A DNA stretch of 40,578 bases, taken from contig MU271601.1 of the NCBI GenBank assembly GCA_021432655.1, positions 1-40,578 on the forward strand, given 5' to 3'. Below the pieces are notes generated by a model. That model searched no databases. It saw only the letters and a program-made list of their open reading frames with translations, and had not been told where the DNA came from. Every line of letters starts with the position of its first letter. Positions within the stretch are counted from its first letter, which is position 1. A program made the translations under genes and the position numbers. The DNA comes from Atractiella rhizophila (taxonomy: Eukaryota). Below, piece by piece: positions 34,331 to 40,578 of this stretch.

Positions 34331-37300
34331 ATGCGCGTTCTTTGCGTCGCCGAGAAGCCGAGCGTCGCGAAGTCAGTGTCCCAAATCCTCTCCGCCGACA
34401 GCGCTCGAAGTCGCGATTCTCCCGTTCGGTACATCAAGAATTGGGACTTCCAATACCGCCTACCTGGAGTGGAAGGATGGGCTGATTTCACGATGACTTC
34501 GGTGGCGGGGCACTTGACGGAGACGGACTTTGAGCAGGAGTACAGAGGATGGCACGGATGTGAACCGTTTGCGCTTTTTGAAGCGCCGATCAAGAGGGAG
34601 GTGTCTAAGGTGAGCGTCTTATTCTCTCTGTGGATGATGCGTTGCCTTGGGTTCGTGTGACGTTCGTTGCCGTTGGGCGGATGCAGGACCATAAAGGCAC
34701 AGAGAGGAACCTGCTCAATGAAGCTCGGCATGCTCAACGCCTCATGATTTGGACGGATTGTGATCGCGAAGGAGAGCATATAGGGTCTGAAATAGTCACA
34801 GTATGCAGGAGAGCGAACCGTGATATTTTGGTGCAACGAGCTCGTTTCTCCGCTATCATTCCAAAGTGCGCCGCTTTGCTTACGTCTGCAAGGGAGTCAA
34901 TGGCTCATTCGCGTTTGCGTTCATGATAGCCAGATCCATAATGCTTGTAAGAACCCTGGACAGCTAGACTGGAAACAGGCAGCGGCGGTTGAAGCGCGCA
35001 TCGATTTGGACCTGCGTATAGGATCCGCCTTCACCCGCACACAGACGTTAGGATTGAAGACTGTTCATCCCGACTTAGAGGATATGCTCATATCGTATGG
35101 TGCGGCGATCCCCTTCGTTCGCCTCCCGAAAGGTGCTGATGCATGCTGCTTTTGCAGGTCCTTGCCAATTCCCCTGCTTAGGATTCGTAGTAGATCGCTA
35201 CGAACAAATCCTCGCATTCATCCCTGAGAGCTTCTGGTACATTCACGTTGCAGTGGAGAAGGATGGCTGTGATGTCACTTTCAACTGGAAGAGGGTGCGG
35301 TTATTTGATCGAGAGGTTGTGAAGACGATATTGGAATTGATGGAGGAAGATTTAGAGGCTGAAGTTTTGGAAGTCAAGGATAAACCTACGAAAAAATGGT
35401 CCGCACAATTGCCTTCTCTCTCTTCGTCGAGGCTGAGAAACACTTAGGAAGCCACTACCACTCACAACTGTCGAACTTCAGAAAGCTGGGTCACGTCTTC
35501 TTCATCTCGCACCAAAGCGAGTTCTTGATGTTTGTCTCTTTCCTCCATTGACCTTATCTTGCATAAATGTGAATGTTTCTGCGGCGGTAGATTGCAGAAT
35601 CTCTCTACCAAAAAGGGTATGTCTCCTATCCACGTACAGAGACGGATCAATTCGACCCTCAATTCAATTTCATGGAACTGATCGAGAAGCAAACCGTCGA
35701 TGAAGCATGGGGACAATTTGCCACAATGCTCAAAGACGGCGGATACGAGAGACCGAAAAACGGTTCGAAAAACGATAAAGCCCATCCTCCCATTCACCCT
35801 ACCTCTCACGTCAGCAACTTAACGGGCGACGATAAGAAAGTATACGAGTTCATCACGCGCCGCTATCTAGCGTGTTGTTCGAAGAACGCATTGGGAAACG
35901 AGACTGTGGTCGAGATTTCGATTGGCGAAGAGCAGTTCTCAGCAAAAGGTCTGCCTTCCATGATGGAAACGTCGGAATCTACGAGCTGACGGTTGCTGAA
36001 GGTCTCATTGTGTTGGAGAGAAATTACTTGGATGTCTACCCGTACGACAAGTGGGAAGGCAACCATATTCCCGACTTTACGAAAGGCGAGAAATTCATCC
36101 CCGATGTTTGCGAGATGAAACATGGACGTACGACAAAACCTAGCCTACTGACTGAAGCAGACCTTGTCAGCCTCATGGACAAGAATGGCATTGGTCTTTA
36201 CTTCCTTGTTTCCGTTACAAAGATACTGATGAATGAAGGTAGGGACCGATGCAACGATCGGAGAACACATTGCAAAAATCATTGAACGGCTATATGTCAT
36301 GAAACACAAGGAAGGAAGAATCGAGTATCTTTCTCCTTCGACATTGGGCATTGGTCTCGTTCGCGGCTACAACCAAGTTGGCCTTGAGAAATCACTTTCA
36401 AAACCGCAACTACGTCGAGAGGTGCGTAATGCATCTTCTCTCTCCATTCCACTGACATTCCACTAACTCTGTGGCTGCCAAATAGACAGAACTTCGCATG
36501 GTGCAAGTGTGCGAAGGAACGAAGTCGAAAGCGGAGATGATAGCGGAGAGTTTGGAAGAGTACAAGGACGTGTTCATGCGAGCTAAAAGGAGCTTCAACG
36601 TCATTGCCAACGAGGTTCTGAAATATTTGGAAGGGAGGGGAGATGGACAGCCTGGGGCAGCGGCTCCTGACGGGGATGGAGGAGGTGGTGGAAGACGAGG
36701 TGGAGGTGGCGGAGGCGGGGGAGGAAGAGGTGGAGGTGGTGGAGGAAGGAGAAGAGACGATGGTGACGACGACGAGGGTGGAGGTGGAGGTGGTGCTGGT
36801 GGACGGAGAGGCGGTGGAACAGGTACAAGAGGTAAAGCCAAATCGAGATCTGCACCTAAGGCTCCTCCGTCGCAGACACCGGGCTCGTCTTTCCTTTCTT
36901 CTTCATCCATTAAACCACTTACAGTTCCTGTAGAACGCTCAAGCGTTACCGCGAGGGCTTCTACCTCCAATACAGATGCAGATGCTCCTCCATGTCAATG
37001 CGGAATTGCCTCCGTCGAGCGAACCGTCGTTAAAGAAGGACCCAACAAAGGGCGTGTCTTCTTCCGCTGTGCCAACGGGGAGTCTGGTTGCAAGTTTTTT
37101 CATTGGGCTGATGGCGTGGGAAACAACACGAAACGACCGAGCGATTCACAGGAGGAAGGACGAAGTAAACGCGCACGCACTGACGCTGGAGGTGATGCAG
37201 GGACAGTGAGGTGTCAATGTGGATTAGAAGCACTTTTACTTACTGTTTCGAAAGAAGGTATGTTCAGCTTGCGCAATGTTCAAACCGTTGACAAATATTA

Positions 37301-37551
37301 CCATAGGTCCGAACATGGGACGGCAGTTCTACAAATGCTCCAAACTCTCAGATGCCGCCAAGTGCTCATTTTTCCAATGGACGGATGAACCGGCGCGGAC
37401 ACCAACGAAGGTAAATCAGACGGGGGCGTGCTTCAATTGCGGAAAGGAAGGACATTGGACTATGGCCTGTCCAAAACCGAAAAAAGGGTACACGAGGGGT
37501 GGATATAGAGGACGTGGGAAGGTCGCGTCTGGGAGGTGGCGCGATCCCTAG
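34331..37551 (+). CDS. TOP3: DNA topoisomerase III (type IA) with C-terminal Gly/Arg linker, two GRF zinc fingers and a CCHC knuckle
   Basis: MRVLCVAEKPSVAK, MTSVAGHL, IWTDCDREGEHIG, SYGPCQFPCLGFVV, GYVSYPRTETD (catalytic Tyr), DKAHPPIHP and MDKNGIGTDAT. C-terminal PCQCG..GPNKGRVFFRC, RCQCG..GPNMGRQFYKC and CFNCGKEGHWTMAC. Confidence 0.96.
36670..36830 (+). repeat. GGN-rich low-complexity tract (poly-Gly/RGG) in TOP3
   Basis: Encodes DGGGGGRRGGGGGGGGGRGGGGGGRRRDDGDDDEGGGGGGAGGRRGGG. Confidence 0.9.
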
Positions 37552-37885
37552 TGGATGGGAACACAAGCCTGGAGGAGAAATCGTTGCGGTGTGAGTTGCT
37601 TCATAAACATTCGAACTTCTATGTGCGTGTGAGCACTGCTCGTCTTCTGTCTCGTTTTGCATATGTTGTCATCGTGTCATATATCATATTAGAGTTGTGG
37701 TATTTCTACAATTTCCATCCAGAGTTCATATCCTGTAACGTTAACAAATCTTGACAGACATACTCCCACTCATAAGTAGAAACAAAGCCAAAGTCTAGGT
37801 ATCTAAAAAGCAACTCGAAGATATAACCCGACGCGGTCGAAACGAAACTGAGCGTGGGGACCTAATTATTGTATGAGTGGAAGGA

Positions 37886-38897
37886 TCAAAACCCCCAGCT
37901 CTCCTCCGCCACCTCCCTCTGCTCGCTCGTCAGCACGACCTGGTTTCCGCCGATTGTCCAAGTTCTTTCGAACTGCCTCCTCTTCCCTTCCTGCCCATAA
38001 GCAGCCACGGCCTTCCTCCCGCCTTCCCAGAGAACACACATAAGTTGAATCCCCAATATCGCAAGCGCGAAGAAACGGCGACGCAGCTGGAAGGTCTTCT
38101 CTAGGTGAACTGCGTAAGAGATGAGGAGGGCGAGGATTGTGGGGAGGGGGGAGCGACGCAGGTGGATCGCGAGCGTTATCAAAACTGTGACACGCCAAAG
38201 TTAGCTTAATATTTTCTGTGGCCAACGGAGAGCGACGTACATCCTTCTATTGATTCTTGCCATGTCTGGGATGTATCTGTGTAGGAATCATCTGGATCGA
38301 CTGACGAGGACGACGCCTCCCTTGCCGCTTTGAGGGCTTTGGGTCGTGCTTGTGCTTGATTGGGGGGATCATTGTTCAATTTGGCGAGCAGTAGGAACAG
38401 CTTCGATTGGAACGCGTGTTTCCGTCTATTCGACATATTTCCCTCTTGCACGTTAGGGAAGGCAGAGATCAAGTAATCGAGGGAGGTAAGATAACAGTCC
38501 ACTGATTCCACATTCGAGTCAGTCTCTCATTCATGGAAGCGGAAACATCAGACGAACGAGAATATTCGAGGTCCTCTTCCTGGCTTGCGACCGCTTCCTG
38601 CGCCATATAAACGGCCTGATTGACTCTGTTGACGCTCAGTCCCCTCTGGTGCTTGTTGGCTGCAACCGACATCACTGTCGAAGCTTCGGCAAAGGTGCTG
38701 GCTGTTGGCGACGGGAGAGCGAGGGATTTCGTTCCCCTGGCGTGCGTGCGCCATGGCTCGGAAGAGAACCTTTTGTTTCTCTTTGGAGTTGGGATATCTG
38801 GATTTGGTGCAGTTGGGGAAGGGGGACGAGAGAAAGGAAGGAGGTTGAGTGGATTTGGGAGCGTGGGCATCTGCATGGTTGGGAATTGGAGAGACAT
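37886..38897 (-). CDS. Hypothetical protein with MIT-like helical segment and C-terminal hydrophobic region
   Basis: Three ORFs joined by GT-AG introns (~38502-38557 and ~38185-38240) give RVNQAVYMAQEAVASQEEDLEYSLDCYLTSLDYLISAFP...ITLAIHLRRSPLPTILALLISY...WGF*. Confidence 0.65.
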
Positions 38898-39480
38898 TTC
38901 GACTCAGGAACCGTTTTGAGGAAGGAATGAAGTATTGCCACCTTGTGGTTGAAAACCTGGCACAATTTGTTGGGGCGCTTGAAAAATGATATAACGCAAT
39001 GCGCGGCGTTTTGACATGTGAATTACTGTAGGTACAGTCATTCAGTTCTGATAAGGACTATCTGTTGCTAAAACTCAACAACTCTGTGGCTGAGCCGGCT
39101 GAGGCCCTCGCAACTGCCTCCAGCTTGAATGCAAAGGAGAGTCACTCTGTGAAATAGATTGAAAAGCTACAACAAATCTGGTTCAGCTGGGCAGACTGTC
39201 GGGCTGCCATACCTCTCCTCCCAAATCATGTATGCCAACAGGAACGTTGCCACTGAACGTGCTTTCGGATCTCGTAAGAATAAGCGGGAGAATTAGGCGG
39301 ATTAAAGTGTTCAAAGTGAAGCTTGTTAGGTGAGCCGAAATTATGGTCCGCAGCTATGCTGATCAAGCTGAAGCTAAAAGGTAAACTCTATCTTTGTGGT
39401 GCTAATTGGAAATCACGACCAGCTATTTCAATTTATTCCAGGCCATTGGCAGTTTCTCAAGGACCACCAACACCACAAGC

Positions 39481-40578
39481 ATGGAGAAAAGTTCACCTCC
39501 GCCTTACCCATCTCCGGCAGTGGATAAGCCCAGACGGCGCCTCTCACCGCTTCTGCTGACCCTCGTCCTTTCTGCTCTCCTCCTCTCGCCAGGATACACT
39601 TTCGTTTCGACCCTGCGCTCCAACTCAGACTCACTTCTCGCCAGCCAAAACGTCGTCCACCCCGACATTCTCGCCAAATGCGCATCCACCAAGGTCATCC
39701 CTGGTGCCCCAGAGGGATGGGCGGACAAGAGGCATGAGAGCGATAGATTTGTGGAAGGAACTGAGGACGTTGTTATCCATAATGCGAGGTTGTGGACTGG
39801 AGTGCACTCAGAGGATAAGAAGAAGTGGGAATCTGTACGTACTTTTTACCCTCCACTAGCGCTGTGTGGGATGTTGAATGGTGCTTGTGCCGTTGTTCAT
39901 GTGTAGACGGAGAATGGGTTTGTGAGATTGAGCAAGGGTATCATCACCGAAGTAGGACGCGGAAAGCCTTCTTTTAAGAAGAACGAGAGGGTGATAGACG
40001 CGGATGGAGCGTGGGTTACCCCCAGTTTGTTCGGTTGGTCACTTCTGGCTCCTTCCCCGTGGGTTCCGCTCAAAGAAGGGTGTAGACCTACATTCTCATT
40101 TGGGAGTCGATGCCGCCCCTGCTCTCGATGGCGCAGGTTCGTTCCCGATTATTCGCTGCAACTAGTGGACATGCGCTGACAACTGGGATCATAGCCGACA
40201 CCAACTCTGTCCAGGCTCCAATCATGCCTTACCTCAGGAGTTTGGATGGCTTCAACACGCATGATATGGCTTTCAAGCGTACCGTTGCTGGCGGAGTTGT
40301 ACGTCTCTTTCTCCGCGTCTCCTTCTTTGACTTACCAACATTTGCCTGTCCGTAGACATCATCCCTCGTCCTCCCAGGGTACGTTTATCTGCTCTTTCCA
40401 AACGAGCGAACGAATGAGAATTGTGCGCGAACAGCTCAGCGAATAACATCGGCGGCCAAGCTTTCGTTTTCAAGCTGCGACCGACGACGGCGAACACCCC
40501 GACGTCGATGGCGCTCGAGCTCCCGCCCAACATTCCCAACGCGACCACGACCGATTTCCTCCCTTGGAGGTATATGAA
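39481..40578 (+). CDS. Membrane-anchored metal-dependent amidohydrolase (partial, runs off the window)
   Basis: N-terminal TM segment (PLLLTLVLSALLL), ESDRFVEGT..VIHNARLWTG, DADGAWVTPSLFDLHSHLGV (HxH), DTNS..PYLRSLDGFNTHD and GGVTSSLVLPGSANNIGGQAFVFKLRPT. Confidence 0.88.

Noticed and set aside
1..40578. tRNA, rRNA, snRNA, CRISPR arrays, transposase or reverse transcriptase genes, prokaryotic systems
   Set aside because: No cloverleaf/T-loop signatures, repeat-spacer arrays, TIR/LTR pairs or RT/transposase motifs were seen by eye. The window is intron-rich eukaryotic DNA. A covariance-model search would be needed to exclude small ncRNAs.

Overview
This is a gene-dense eukaryotic window with many short (~50 nt) spliceosomal introns. 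The introns, CTRAC-type branch sites and the histone H4 C-terminus (YGFGA) point to a basidiomycete fungus; the taxon is my inference. I can support about 20 protein-coding genes, all with hand-spliced models. In order: a possible Rif1 N-terminus (partial), RAD6/UBC2, DGK1, histone H4, an NADP-dependent SDR, CSL4, an MFS monocarboxylate-type transporter, a flavodoxin-like quinone reductase, PLP2, RPT3, GTP cyclohydrolase I, NAD kinase, a Zn2Cys6 transcription factor, an SHB17-like phosphatase, a Pcl5-type cyclin, a PAP2 lipid phosphatase, TOP3, an unknown MIT-like protein and a partial amidohydrolase. I saw no tRNA, rRNA, CRISPR array or intact transposon. The most interesting observations are: (1) the quinone reductase gene has 4 of 8 introns with GC donors, and one acts as an in-frame switch between a PTS1-like (-SRF) C-terminus and a Lys-rich Cys-Cys membrane tail; (2) a ~631-bp internal tandem duplication in RPT3 whose copies differ only silently; (3) an orphan ubiquitin-derived fragment; (4) a uORF-bearing cyclin leader; (5) two very long introns and two apparent frame anomalies. 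Several of these may be assembly artefacts.
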